Source: an uncultured Phycisphaerales bacterium
GTDB lineage: Bacteria > Planctomycetota > Phycisphaerae > Tepidisphaerales > Tepidisphaeraceae
Assembly (NCBI GenBank): GCA_963755915.1
Contig: CAVWLP010000002.1
Coordinates: forward strand, 3,200,001 to 3,264,000
Direction of reading: 5' to 3'
Length of the DNA: 64,000 bases
Positions within the stretch are counted from its first letter, which is position 1, and each line of letters begins with the position of its first letter. Shown piece after piece: positions 53,681 through 64,000 of this stretch. The position numbers and the translations under genes are program-made. The notes under the pieces were generated by a model. It was not told where the DNA came from and ran no database searches. It saw only the letters and a list, made by a program, of their open reading frames with translations.

Positions 53681-54769
53681 ATGAGTGAAGTTCCGCAAAC
53701 GCCTGCGCTTGTTATCGATGAAACAGTCGTCGCGAGAAACCTTTCGCGTATGGCAAACTATCTCGCTCAGCACCGGATCAATCTTCGGCCGCACACAAAG
53801 ACACATAAATCGATCGCGATGGCCAAGCGACAAATGTTGGCCGGCGCAATCGGTTTGACCGCGGCAAAAGTCGGCGAGGCGGAATGCATGTCCGCGGCGT
53901 CGAACGATCTATTGCTTGCCTACCCGGCGGTTGATAGCGGGCGATGCGTGCGCCTTGCAAACCTGGCGAAACAGAACACGATTCGCGTTGCGGTCGATTC
54001 CGAAGCAGCTCTGGACGCACTTTCCAGCGCGGCCGCCGAAATTGGGACGAGGCTGGGAATCCTGGTGGATTTTGATGTGGGCATGCACCGTACGGGCGTT
54101 CAAACTCCCGCGGCCACTCTCGCGCTGGCACAGGCGGTGAGCCAATCCCCGTATCTGCGGCTTGATGGGCTGTTCATCTATCCGGGCCACGTTTGGGATC
54201 CGGCGCCAAACCAGCAGAAGCCGCTTCAGCTAATCGCCTCACGCCTTGAGGAGACTCTAGCCCTTTGGTCGCGGAGCGGCCTGGCGGCAAAACTTGTGTC
54301 GGGCGGCTCGACGCCGACCGCCTTTCAATCGCACTTTATCCCCCAACTCACGGAAATTCGCCCGGGGACGTACATTTACAACGATATGAACACGGTCCGC
54401 GGAAACTTTTGCAGGTTGGACGATTGCGCGGCGAAAATCGTTTCGACCGTCATCAGTGATGCGGTGCCCGGAAAAGTGGTCATTGACGCGGGAAGCAAAA
54501 CTCTAAGCGGAGATCGCAATGCGATGGAGCCCGACAGTGGATTCGGGCATTTCGTCGAATATCGAAACGCTAAAATCACTCGATTGACTGAAGAACACGG
54601 CGAAATCGATGTAACTGCCTGTGAGCACAAACCGCAAATTGGGGAGCGCATTGGGGTAATTCCCAACCACATTTGCCCGTGCGTGAATCTGCAGGATTCG
54701 GTCTGGCTTAGAACGGCCGATGGCGACCTGCAAGCGTTGAAAATCGATGCTCGTGGAAAGCTTTTCTGA
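53681..54769 (+). CDS. D-threonine aldolase / D-serine dehydratase-like PLP enzyme (fold III)
   Basis: TPALVID, LRPHTKTHK, RTG, GGSTPT, EIRPGTY and PNHIC. Confidence 0.9.
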   Translation: MSEVPQTPALVIDETVVARNLSRMANYLAQHRINLRPHTKTHKSIAMAKRQMLAGAIGLTAAKVGEAECMSAASNDLLLAYPAVDSGRCVRLANLAKQNTIRVAVDSEAALDALSSAAAEIGTRLGILVDFDVGMHRTGVQTPAATLALAQAVSQSPYLRLDGLFIYPGHVWDPAPNQQKPLQLIASRLEETLALWSRSGLAAKLVSGGSTPTAFQSHFIPQLTEIRPGTYIYNDMNTVRGNFCRLDDCAAKIVSTVISDAVPGKVVIDAGSKTLSGDRNAMEPDSGFGHFVEYRNAKITRLTEEHGEIDVTACEHKPQIGERIGVIPNHICPCVNLQDSVWLRTADGDLQALKIDARGKLF

Positions 54770-54806
54770 GGCACTGCCCGCCTCGGCATCTTGATGGAGA
54801 GCACTG

Positions 54807-55890
54807 GTGCGCTTGATCATTGACTCGCATCTCGACCTTTCGTGGAACGCGCTTTCCTGGAATCGCGATCTCACGGTGCCGGTCGCGGAAGTGCGAAAAA
54901 TCGAAGCGGAAATGACGGATGACGATGCGCGGACACGGTACCGTGACGCTGCCGGAGATGCGACGCGGCGGCGTTGCGGTTTGCTGCGGAACTCTGCTGG
55001 TGCGCGCCAAACCGAACGTAAAACCGACTCGAAAGATTGATCTTGATGTCGCCACGCAGGAAATCGCATGCGCAACCGCTCGCACGCAGTTGGAATACTA
55101 CCGCCTGCTTGCCGAGCGAAAAGAGATCGCATTCATCGGTAGCCGGCAGGAATTGAAAGCGCACTGGTCGCGATGGCAACATGCCGAAGAAGAGTCTGCC
55201 CCGTTGCCAATCGGCTTGATCCTTGCAATGGAAGGCGCAGATCCAATTGTCTCCCCGTCTCAAGCAGAGCGTTGGTGGATGGATGGGCTTCGGCTCGTAG
55301 GCCTTGCGCACTATGGGAAAAGCCATTACGCAGTCGGAACCGGCGACAACGGGCCGCTAACGGCCAAGGGCATTGAGCTGCTTAAGGAGATGGATCGCCT
55401 CGGTTTTGTGCTCGATGCGACGCATAGCTCAGATTCGTCATTCTTCCAGGGCCTGGATCTTTACCGCGGTCCGGTGCTCGCGAGCCACAACAATTGCCGG
55501 GCACTTGTGCCCGGTGATCGACAGTACTCCGATGAGCAGATCAGGCTGTTGATTGCGCGAAACGCGGTTATCGGCGTTGCGTTCGACTCCTGGATGCTCA
55601 AGCCGGGGTTTAAAATCGGCCAGACTCCTGGAAGCGTGGTGAGTCTGGCTGCCGTCGCCGATCACATCGATCATATTTGCCAACTGGCGGGCAATACCAA
55701 TCACACCGCTTTCGGCACCGATCTCGACGGTGGATTCGGCACCGAACAATCTCCCGCGGGGCTTGAGACAATCGCCGATGTACATAAGCTGGAACCGATC
55801 CTCGCGGAGCGTGGCTATACATCTGCCGACATCGATCGGATCTTTCACGGAAACTGGCTGCGATTCTTCCTGGCGGCACTACCGAAATAA
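54807..55890 (+). CDS. Membrane dipeptidase (M19); frameshift near 54925
   Basis: IDSHLD, MEGAD, DATH, ASHNN, DHIDH and GTDLDGG. Confidence 0.9.
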
Positions 55891-55897
55891 GTGGGGG

Positions 55898-56647
55898 TCA
55901 ATAGGTAGCCCTTCCGCCCGAAAGGTCGAAAATAAAGCCGGTCGTGAAGCTGCATTCCCGCGAGGTGATCCAGGCCGCGGTGGCGGCAACTTCGTCGAGT
56001 GTTCCCAGGCGATTCATTGGAATCTTCGACGTCATATACTGGACCTGTTTCGGATCGATGCCGTGAACCATATCAGTCATGATCACAGCCGGGGCCAATC
56101 CGTTTATCGTGATACCGGTTTCCGCATACTCCTTGGCGACGCCTTTAACCAATCCGATGACGCCCGACTTACTGGCCGAGTATCCCACCATTCCGGGATT
56201 GCCCTCCTTGCCAGCGATCGAGGCAATCAGCAGAATTCGCCCGTAATTGTTGCGCAGCATCGAAGGCAACACCGCTTGCGTCATGATGAAAGAGCCCAAC
56301 AGGTTCACCCGGCATACCTCGTCGAATTTTTCCGGCGGGTAATCGACAATCCTGGTGCTGGTCGGCCCAACGATGCCCGCGGAATTTACCATGACGGCGG
56401 TCGGGCCCAGTTCTTTTTCAACCCTGGACACGGCAGACGCAACCGAGGCCATTTGTGAAATATCCACAGCGTATCCGTGAGCGGTTGAACTTCTGATGGA
56501 AGATAGGGCCGATTCGATGCGGGATGCATCGCGATCAAACAGGGCAATCTTCGCGCCTTCAGATGCCAGTCGCTGTGCGATCTGCAAACCCAACCCAGTC
56601 GCGGCGCCCGTGACAATCGCCACCTGATCTTCGAATCGTTTTGACAT
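55898..56647 (-). CDS. SDR-family oxidoreductase
   Basis: TGAATGLG, NSAG and YSASK. Confidence 0.95.
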   Translation of the reverse strand: MSKRFEDQVAIVTGAATGLGLQIAQRLASEGAKIALFDRDASRIESALSSIRSSTAHGYAVDISQMASVASAVSRVEKELGPTAVMVNSAGIVGPTSTRIVDYPPEKFDEVCRVNLLGSFIMTQAVLPSMLRNNYGRILLIASIAGKEGNPGMVGYSASKSGVIGLVKGVAKEYAETGITINGLAPAVIMTDMVHGIDPKQVQYMTSKIPMNRLGTLDEVAATAAWITSRECSFTTGFIFDLSGGRATY

Positions 56648-56672
56648 ATTCTCTCCATCTGGAATTCTTCAC

Positions 56673-57060
56673 TCAGGCGTTTTTGCAGATTTGACGCTGC
56701 TCGCCCAACCCTTCGATCTGCAATTCGATGACATCCCCCTCTTTTAGAAACTGGGGCGGCCTCATGCCAAGCCCGACGCCTGGGGGCGTGCCGGTCGAAA
56801 TAATGTCGCCTGCCTCCAGGGTCATGAATTGGGTGAGATAGTGAACGAGATAATTGACCCCGAAAACCATATTCGCGGTCGTGCCATTCTGGCGGACAAC
56901 CCCGTTCACTTTTAGCGACACCTTCAGATGCCAACATTACGGATATCGTCTGCGGTTGAGAGCCAAGGCCCCAGCGGATTGAACGTGTCGCAGCTTCCCC
57001 CGCAGGCGTCATGATCCCCGGCAATTCCTGGCCTGCTTCTCCGAAACGAATTAATCGCAT
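56673..57060 (-). pseudogene. Fumarylacetoacetate hydrolase-family gene with an internal deletion
   Basis: MRLIRFGEAGQELPG is joined near 57000 directly to SCDTFNPLGPWL...GDIISTGTPPGVG; the middle of the protein is missing. Confidence 0.85.
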
Positions 57061-57192
57061 CGAAAATCTCCATCATAACGAACCAGCTTCGAATTCCGTG
57101 ACGCGCTCTGTGCATTGAATTGTGATTGAGCGCCGATTTTACATTTGCAATGCCTGCAGAGCCGGACAGGGAACAGACCATCACGACTCGTG

Positions 57193-58157
57193 TTATTTCT
57201 CGGCTTCCATCACGGTTTGGTGAGGCAGCATCGCCGACGTGCCAGGTGGCGAGGTTCGATGCCTTTCCATGCCAATCGAACCGTGAAGCAACTCGCGCAC
57301 GACAGGCTCGTTCAATACTTGAGCGACTTGCGATTCGCTGAGGCTTGCAAACGGAGCGGGCATAAAGTTGCCCGGGATTTGCCTGGCATTGGCGAGCAGC
57401 GAAAATGTGGGGAAGACTCCATATTTCTGCAGGACGCTTAGAAGCGAGGAAAGTCTTTTCTGTGAGACGGCCGCAGCTTCCCAGTCCTGAGCCTCGGCAG
57501 CTCTCTGAATCGCTTTCGCCCAAGTTGCGCAAGCGAAAATACGCCATCTAAGTGGTGTCGGATCCCGTGATGAAGCAGGACATCTACCAGATGGGGTTGG
57601 GCAACAACAACCCTGAAACCCGGCGGTACCGAATCGATTAATTGCCGGGCAAGCCCTAAGTCACCCGAGCATTTAATTCCGCGGATTTGGGGATGCCTGG
57701 CGAGTTCACGAACAGTGTCGAACTCTAACCCGACTTTCGTCAGAACGGGGAGATCGTAAAGAAAAACGGGAGTGCGCGACCGATCGGCAAGAGTTCTAAA
57801 ATAGGCGAGAAGCTCGGCCTGGCTGAAGCGAAAAAAATAGGGAGTGAGAACGACAATGGCATCAACACTCCGCTCGTTAAGGAACCGGATTCGCTCAAGG
57901 GTTCGGCTTAGGCTTGTGTCGCCGACTCCGACCATCACTTCCCCCCGCCCGCAGGAAAACTGAATGGCGTGGTCGACAAGGGAACGATAGGTGGCGTCAG
58001 TAAGCATCTGCATTGCGCCCATAGTTCCGCCGACGAGAACGCCCGCCATTCCTGCGTTCCATTGGTCTGTCAGATGTGCTTCGAGGCCTTCGATGTGAAG
58101 GGATTCACCGTCAGTGAGTGGAGTTCCGATGGCGGCGATTAACGAAGTTTCGTTCAT
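57193..58157 (-). CDS. DHDPS/NAL-family aldolase; frameshift near 57525
   Basis: GTP, GGTMG, LYDLP and GIKCS; the shifted frame continues to a stop at 57193. Confidence 0.88.
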
Positions 58158-58676
58158 TTGTGTTCCGATCACGCCGGCATTTGGGGCCGAAGGCCGATGA
58201 GTTGCAAATTGCGAATTTTGCGGCTCGTCGCCGTGGACATAGACCTGAGGAAACCGCGACTCCAAAACGTGCCGCGAATAGTACCAGTAATAACCGCGAA
58301 ATTCCCTCAAAAATCGTCATGCGGACTAATTTGCAGCAAATAAGCGAATTGGGAGCGCATATTTAGGCTTTTGGGACTATTTGTCACATTTTTTGTTTGA
58401 CAGCAAAAAATGCTCCGTTAGACTCTCCACCGAGCCAAGTCCGTCGAGAGGTTTGTAGTATGGGTGCTCGTTCACGAAAACCTCGAAGCCAATGGTTTTT
58501 TGAGTCATTCACCGACCATGCAATTGTCCGCCGTGATTTCATTGCGATCTCGATGGAAGTCATAGTGCATATCGCTCCCACCCCCGCACCCATGTAGATG
58601 GCGAAGCTGAATGCGACGATCCTTCGATCAGTAGATTGCGCTGAAGCAGAGTGGTTAGAAGAGGAGAAAAACCACC

Positions 58677-60554
58677 GTGGAGAAAATGCACTTTCTGTCT
58701 AACAGGATTTTACTCATGAAGAAAGCAACACCCCTGGGTCTGGCAGCCATTGCGTCCTGCATATACGCCTCGCATGCGTGCGGCCAGTACACCTATTTCT
58801 CAGATAATTTCGACAACAAGACGAATCCGCTGGATCCGCCTCAGGTCGGGTTTGGTTACAACGGTTCAGAGAGCACGGGAAGTCCATTCAGCCTGTCGAC
58901 GAATCCGGCGCTCGGCACGCAATCGCTGCGACTGGTACGCAATACTAACGGCAGCCCTCCGTACCCGAACCCGACCCTCGAGTGCATAAGCCTTAACGGA
59001 GTATTGGTCGATCAGAATACCGTTACTTTCAGCTGGGACGAGTATATCGGATATCAATACAACGCACCGGTTCAAGTTAACATCGGATACACACCGTTAA
59101 GCACGGGGTCCCTTCAGTTTCTGGGGGTTAACGATTTTAATGGGGCAAATCCTGGTACATACTTTTTCTACGAAGATCAGGACGGTGATCAGGTCAGCAC
59201 GGGCGTAAAGCCGACGATCGATGGATGGGATCACCTGTCGCTGACGTTGAGCCTATCCGAGTTTTATGTGGCTGGCGGTCCGAACTACATGACGGGCACG
59301 ATGACCGATTTCACCGTTGCTGAAAACGGTGGGCCCACTCAAACTCTCGCCTCCAATATTGCGCTGCCCTATGCCCAGATTCCGACGCTGGATCCGGAGT
59401 CGCCATACGATAACACCTCGGTTGCGACGATGCAGCTTCAGATGGGTCCCAGCGGCGACACGTACTACGATAATCTGCTGATGACCGGCACCGATGCACC
59501 GACCGCCGCCTTCACGCCGCATCTGGTCTGGAACAACAGCGGTGCATCCGCGCCGGACGACGGGGTAACCTGGGATACGACGCAGAATAATTGGAACAAC
59601 GGGGTCGATGCGACGACCTATAACGACAATGCGATCGTCGACTTCTCCGATTCAAATAATGGGCACTATAATGTTACCCTGAACACGACGGTTAAGCCCA
59701 CATCGGTCAACGTGAGTAACTCATCGGGCAACTACGTCATCAGCGGTTCGGGATCAATTGCCGGCAGTGCTTCGTTGGCAATGAGCGGCTCAAAAATCCT
59801 TACGCTGGATACGGTCAACACCTACAGCGGCGGTACGACAGTATCAGGCGGTTTGCTGATAGCCGGCGTTCACGGAGCGCTGCCGGATGGGGCACTGAGT
59901 ATCACCGAGGGAGCTGCGGTGCAGCTTGCCGCGGGCACCGGGGCGACCCAGCTCACGTCGCTCTCGATCTCGTCGAACAGCACGCTCGATATCACGAATA
60001 ATCATGTGATCATCTCGTACGTGAGTGGGTCGGATCCCATCGCCGCGATCCAAGGCTACCTGCAAACAGGTTACAACGGCGGCGGGTGGAACGGGCTGGG
60101 GATCATCTCTTCGACCGCGCAATCACCGACGAACGGTGCACATTATGGCATCGGATGGGCTGATGGAGCCGATCACGTTGTCACCGGCCTTTCCTCTGGT
60201 CAGATCGAACTCAAATACACCCTGCTGGGTGATGCCAATCTGGATGGGAGCGTGAACGGCTCCGATTTCAGTATCCTCGCCGCCAACTTTGGTCTGGGCA
60301 ACACCAACTGGGATCAGGGCGATTTCCTCTTCGGTTCCTCGGTAAACGGCGCCGATTTCAGTGCTCTCGCCGCCAACTTCGGCCAGGGCGACAGCGGCGC
60401 GGATGGGGTTACCCAGGCCGACATCTCTGCTCTCGAAGCCTTCGCCGCCGCCAACAGTCTGGCGCTCCCCACCAGTGTTCCCGAGCCGGCTTGTGGAGCA
60501 ATGGTGGCTTTGGGTATCGCCGGTGCCGTTGCGCGGCGCCGCCGAACGCATTGA
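58677..60554 (+). CDS. Secreted PEP-CTERM protein with an autotransporter-associated beta repeat and a dockerin-like tail
   Basis: Signal peptide, NTYSGGTTVSGGLL, GDANLDGSVNGSDF and VPEP-TM-RRRR. Confidence 0.9.
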   Translation: MEKMHFLSNRILLMKKATPLGLAAIASCIYASHACGQYTYFSDNFDNKTNPLDPPQVGFGYNGSESTGSPFSLSTNPALGTQSLRLVRNTNGSPPYPNPTLECISLNGVLVDQNTVTFSWDEYIGYQYNAPVQVNIGYTPLSTGSLQFLGVNDFNGANPGTYFFYEDQDGDQVSTGVKPTIDGWDHLSLTLSLSEFYVAGGPNYMTGTMTDFTVAENGGPTQTLASNIALPYAQIPTLDPESPYDNTSVATMQLQMGPSGDTYYDNLLMTGTDAPTAAFTPHLVWNNSGASAPDDGVTWDTTQNNWNNGVDATTYNDNAIVDFSDSNNGHYNVTLNTTVKPTSVNVSNSSGNYVISGSGSIAGSASLAMSGSKILTLDTVNTYSGGTTVSGGLLIAGVHGALPDGALSITEGAAVQLAAGTGATQLTSLSISSNSTLDITNNHVIISYVSGSDPIAAIQGYLQTGYNGGGWNGLGIISSTAQSPTNGAHYGIGWADGADHVVTGLSSGQIELKYTLLGDANLDGSVNGSDFSILAANFGLGNTNWDQGDFLFGSSVNGADFSALAANFGQGDSGADGVTQADISALEAFAAANSLALPTSVPEPACGAMVALGIAGAVARRRRTH

Positions 60555-60755
60555 TGTCGACGCAATTCCCTGGTTCCGGCACCGAGCGCAACCGAGAATT
60601 GACGGTTCGCTCGCGAAAGTTGACAGACACCCGCAATCCGTGACTCTGAAGAGGCAAGTCCGATTCGCCTGCCATTGGCCGCTCTGCCGCGTCGAGCGCA
60701 TATTATCTGCGTGCCCCAACACTGGGGCGACTACTCCCGCCGATGAAGGGCATGC

Positions 60756-62036
60756 ATGGTCATACAGCCGTCTCGGCATTACCGATGGTATCTGGTAGGT
60801 CTGCTGACGACGATTGCGGCGTTAAATTACGCGGATCGGTCTGCGCTGGCGGCGACTCTCCCGCCGGTCCGCGACGAATTGCACATGTCGCCCGTCATGT
60901 TGGGTACAGCGGGATCGGCGTTTCTTTGGGTTTATGCGATCTGCTCGCCGGCCAGCGGTTACTTTGCAGACCGCTGGCCACGATCGAAAATGATCCTCTG
61001 GAGCGTTTGCGCCTGGAGTGTGGTTCAGATATTGACCGGATTTGTCGAACGGTCATGGCAGATGATCGGCGTGCGCGCGTTGCTGGGAATCGCGGAATGC
61101 GCGTATGTGCCGGCGGCAATCGCGCTGACCGCGGAATATCATAAACATAAGACGAGGGCCTGGGCTATTGGGATTCAGATCGCGGGATACAATCTTGGGG
61201 TCGTGCTGGGCGCGGCAGTGGCGGGTTACATTGGCGATCGCTGGGGCTGGCGGGCGGCGTTCTGGACATTGGGCGGATGCGGGCTTCTACTGGCGCTGGT
61301 AGCCCGCTCGGTGCTTCCTCATGAAGCGAGAGATCTCCCGGAGGCGACGCGGACACCAATTCGGATCGTCGACGCATTTCGTATTTTGCTCAAAATTCCG
61401 ACGTTCAACATCGTGCTGGTGGAGTCGACAATTATCTCTGCGGGTGTGTGGGTTTTCCTGTTTTGGCTGCCGCTTTATTTCAAAGATAGCTTCGGGCTTT
61501 CGCTCGCGGCTGCTGGAATCGCTGGGACGGCAGGCCTTCAGACATCGGCGACGGTGGCATCACTGGCGGGGGGATTTTTCTCGGATCGGTTTGCGCATCG
61601 CCGGCGGGAACGGCGAATGCTCTTTCAGTTTCTGTGCTTCACCAGCGCCATTCCAATGCTGATGATTTTTTTCGGTAACCCTTCTTTTGGTGCGGCGTCG
61701 GTGGCTATCCTGCTTTTCGCATTTTTTCGCAGCTTGGGAAGCTCGAATGACAATGCGGTCATGTGCGACGTGCTGCCGGAGCGCGTGTGGTCCACCGCTG
61801 TGGGCTTCACTAACGCCATGAACTCAGGCGCCGGCGCTTTGGGGGTGATTTTGACGGGGTATCTGCAGAAAACATTGGGACTGGGGGGAGTATTTGGCGG
61901 GCTTTGGGTCACGGTTGCAGCTGCCGCCTGTGTTGTACTGATCGGATATCGATATTTTATTCGCGACGATTTGATACGGGCGGGGGCCGGGCCAGTGGCT
62001 GTCGGCACGATATCAGCAGTTGGAACGACAGGTTAA
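60756..62036 (+). CDS. MFS transporter (ACS-like, sugar acid)
   Basis: LNYADR, GYFADRW, RALLGIAE and GWRAAF. Confidence 0.92.
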   Translation: MVIQPSRHYRWYLVGLLTTIAALNYADRSALAATLPPVRDELHMSPVMLGTAGSAFLWVYAICSPASGYFADRWPRSKMILWSVCAWSVVQILTGFVERSWQMIGVRALLGIAECAYVPAAIALTAEYHKHKTRAWAIGIQIAGYNLGVVLGAAVAGYIGDRWGWRAAFWTLGGCGLLLALVARSVLPHEARDLPEATRTPIRIVDAFRILLKIPTFNIVLVESTIISAGVWVFLFWLPLYFKDSFGLSLAAAGIAGTAGLQTSATVASLAGGFFSDRFAHRRRERRMLFQFLCFTSAIPMLMIFFGNPSFGAASVAILLFAFFRSLGSSNDNAVMCDVLPERVWSTAVGFTNAMNSGAGALGVILTGYLQKTLGLGGVFGGLWVTVAAAACVVLIGYRYFIRDDLIRAGAGPVAVGTISAVGTTG

Positions 62037-62050
62037 GGCACCCGGCGCTC

Positions 62051-63046
62051 CTATGCGCCGCGCGCTTTGAAACCGGAAGCATTTACGAGATTAAGGGGAT
62101 TTCCAGCCTCGAATGCGGTGATGTTGCCAGCGACCGTACGCATGATTCGGCGACGGGCTTCCAGCGTCGCCCAGGCCATGTGGGGAGAAATGATGCAGTT
62201 GCGGGCGGTGAGGAGTGGGCTATCGGCACGGGCGGGTTCCTTTGACAGGACATCGACCGCCGCGCCTTGAATTACTCCGGTATTAAGAGCTTCGGCGAGA
62301 TCTGATTCGTCAATCAAGCCACCGCGCGACGTGTTAATAAGAAACGCCCGATTTTTCATGCGGGAAAGCAGTTGACGATTAACCATACCCGCATTCTCGG
62401 ATGTGAGCGGGCAATGAAGACTAACAACATCGGCTTCGGCAAACAGCCGCTCCAGTGATGTCCAGGCGAATCGCGGAAATTCGGGAGGAATTTTATTGGC
62501 GCGGCTACATGCTATGACATTCATCCCAAAGGCATGGGCGATTTCGCCAACCTGGCGACCGATGCGCCCGAATCCGACGATGCCGATCGTGCGACCGGCG
62601 AGCTCAATCTGCGGGGTTTTCCAGTAACACCAGTCTGAGGATTTTTGCCATTCTCCATTTTTCACGGAGGTATCGTGCAAGCCGATTCGATGACACAACT
62701 CGAGCAGTAGAGCGAAAGTGAACTGGGCCACGTTATCTGTGCCATAGACCGGCACATTGGCGACAGCGATGCCACGCTCACTGGCATCCGCGACGTCGAC
62801 AATGTTGTAGCCGGTAGCGGCGACGGCGATGAACTTGAGCTTTGGCAGTTGACGCAGCGTTTCCGATGTCAGTTCAACCTTGTTTGTGATAATGACTTGA
62901 GCGTCACAAGAGCGAGATATGACCTGTGTGGGTTCAGAGCGTGGATAAATGGTTGTGTCGCCAAGTTCCTGGATTGGGGTCCAAGGATTGTCGCCATCCG
63001 GGTTCAGCGTGTGACCATCCAGTACCACTATGCGTCGTTGTGTCAT
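62051..63046 (-). CDS. D-2-hydroxyacid dehydrogenase (glycerate dehydrogenase/HprA-like)
   Basis: ATGYNIVD, GIVGFGRIG, SLHCPLT, INTSRG and PHMAW. Confidence 0.93.
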   Translation of the reverse strand: MTQRRIVVLDGHTLNPDGDNPWTPIQELGDTTIYPRSEPTQVISRSCDAQVIITNKVELTSETLRQLPKLKFIAVAATGYNIVDVADASERGIAVANVPVYGTDNVAQFTFALLLELCHRIGLHDTSVKNGEWQKSSDWCYWKTPQIELAGRTIGIVGFGRIGRQVGEIAHAFGMNVIACSRANKIPPEFPRFAWTSLERLFAEADVVSLHCPLTSENAGMVNRQLLSRMKNRAFLINTSRGGLIDESDLAEALNTGVIQGAAVDVLSKEPARADSPLLTARNCIISPHMAWATLEARRRIMRTVAGNITAFEAGNPLNLVNASGFKARGA

Positions 63047-63063
63047 CCCTTCCCTCGGGGGTT

Positions 63064-63525
63064 CTATTCAGGGGTTACGCGCATACCGTTTGGATGTCCG
63101 ATTTGCCGAAGATCCTGGACGTGCCTCGCCTGGGGATCCGTGCAGGGCAGCCAGCCGCTATCGCCTGTGCCGGGGGCTTTAACTTCGATACATTCAAACA
63201 GTGAAGATCCTAATTCTCCGGCCGAGGTACGGCTTAGCTCGAGGCGCTGCTTTCCTTCGTCGGTATAACGGAAAAGCCAGCCGACGTATTTTGTTTTGCC
63301 ATTATCGTCGGTGAAGACGTAGCAGCCGCACGCGGTTTGCCCGTCGTGATCGAACGGAGGGATCTTATCGGCGGAGTCCTCGAAAAAGGTTTTCCCGTCA
63401 TCGGTCGTAAAGAATCCCTGCTTCGGCATCCCCGTCGGCCGGCCCATGTTTCCCCGCAAAAATATGAAGCAGAGGAGTATTGCCAGTGCGGTTATAGTGA
63501 CCGCAATCTTCACTTTGTTTCCCAT
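63064..63525 (-). CDS. Hypothetical membrane-anchored protein
   Basis: N-terminal TM helix and two TDD.GKT motifs. Confidence 0.7.
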   Translation of the reverse strand: MGNKVKIAVTITALAILLCFIFLRGNMGRPTGMPKQGFFTTDDGKTFFEDSADKIPPFDHDGQTACGCYVFTDDNGKTKYVGWLFRYTDEGKQRLELSRTSAGELGSSLFECIEVKAPGTGDSGWLPCTDPQARHVQDLRQIGHPNGMRVTPE

Positions 63526-63596
63526 TGATTTTCCGGGGCTCACGGCAACATTCCTTTCTAAGACTGATTTCATGTGATGGTTTCTCCAATTGTGGA

Positions 63597-64000
63597 CTAT
63601 TCAATCCTCTGGGTTAATCGCAGGTCAGCGACTTGTGTTTCCGTATTGGGGTTTCCCAGAGCCTCGAGGATTATTGCGCGATAGTGCGGGTCGGTGTCGA
63701 AAGAGAATTCCGCGGCCGCGCTGCCGTCACCCTCCTGCAAGGATGCCTTGCCTGCGGAAAAATCGAGCCTCAAAACGAAATGTTGCCATCCATCTTTTGC
63801 AGAAACTGTCATTGATGAGACGGAGGACCCAGGGTTTTTCTGGTTTACTTCCGCTTGCACTTGCCCATCTTTGGCGATGATTACACCAACGGATTGCGCC
63901 GTTGAGGTGTCTGAACCGAGCGCGAGCTCAATTGAGTCGCCGGCATTGGATTTCAGGACATCGAAAGATAGTTCGACAATTCCGTCAGCGACGCCATATT
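63597..64000 (-). CDS. C-terminal part of a beta-sandwich-containing (probably secreted) protein, partial
   Basis: The frame appears open to the window edge; DGWQHFVLRLDF...VADLRL*. Confidence 0.5.
   Translation of the reverse strand, partial: YGVADGIVELSFDVLKSNAGDSIELALGSDTSTAQSVGVIIAKDGQVQAEVNQKNPGSSVSSMTVSAKDGWQHFVLRLDFSAGKASLQEGDGSAAAEFSFDTDPHYRAIILEALGNPNTETQVADLRLTQRIE

Overview
A GC-rich bacterial window, most likely from a Planctomycetota (Phycisphaerae-like) genome. This is inferred from PEP-CTERM proteins with dockerin-like tails, an E-x-LE-x-R-x-LL secretion motif and a HEAT/ABC cluster. Many genes carry single-base frameshifts, which look like long-read consensus errors. (1) 1-10.3 kb: an N-methylglutamate methylamine-utilisation operon (mgsABC-gmaS-purU-mgdABC, running off the left edge), divergent from an atypical receiver-plus-Fis-HTH regulator. 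A 17-bp palindrome TGTTCAATnATTGAACA occurs twice in the shared promoter region and again 16.5 kb away, upstream of an internally deleted formaldehyde dehydrogenase (fdhA) gene. (2) 10.3-28.5 kb: GntR regulator, oxidoreductase, ABC/HEAT operon, an amino-sugar-type catabolic cluster, and an APC permease with an in-frame amber codon behind a sigma54-type promoter. (3) From 28.83 kb: a 3' half of tRNA-Pro(GGG) marks the att end of an integrated element. The element carries a decayed ubiquitin-conjugation-like operon: a PD-(D/E)XK nuclease stump, an E2-like protein fused to eight CxxC motifs and split by an IS21 with a 6-bp target duplication, a JAB-like stump and a ThiF/E1 gene. Small DNA-binding genes and IS66 scars follow. 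(4) 38-64 kb: a roughly 2,100-aa surface protein, secreted glycoside-hydrolase-like and PEP-CTERM proteins, and a D-amino-acid/sugar-acid catabolic cluster.
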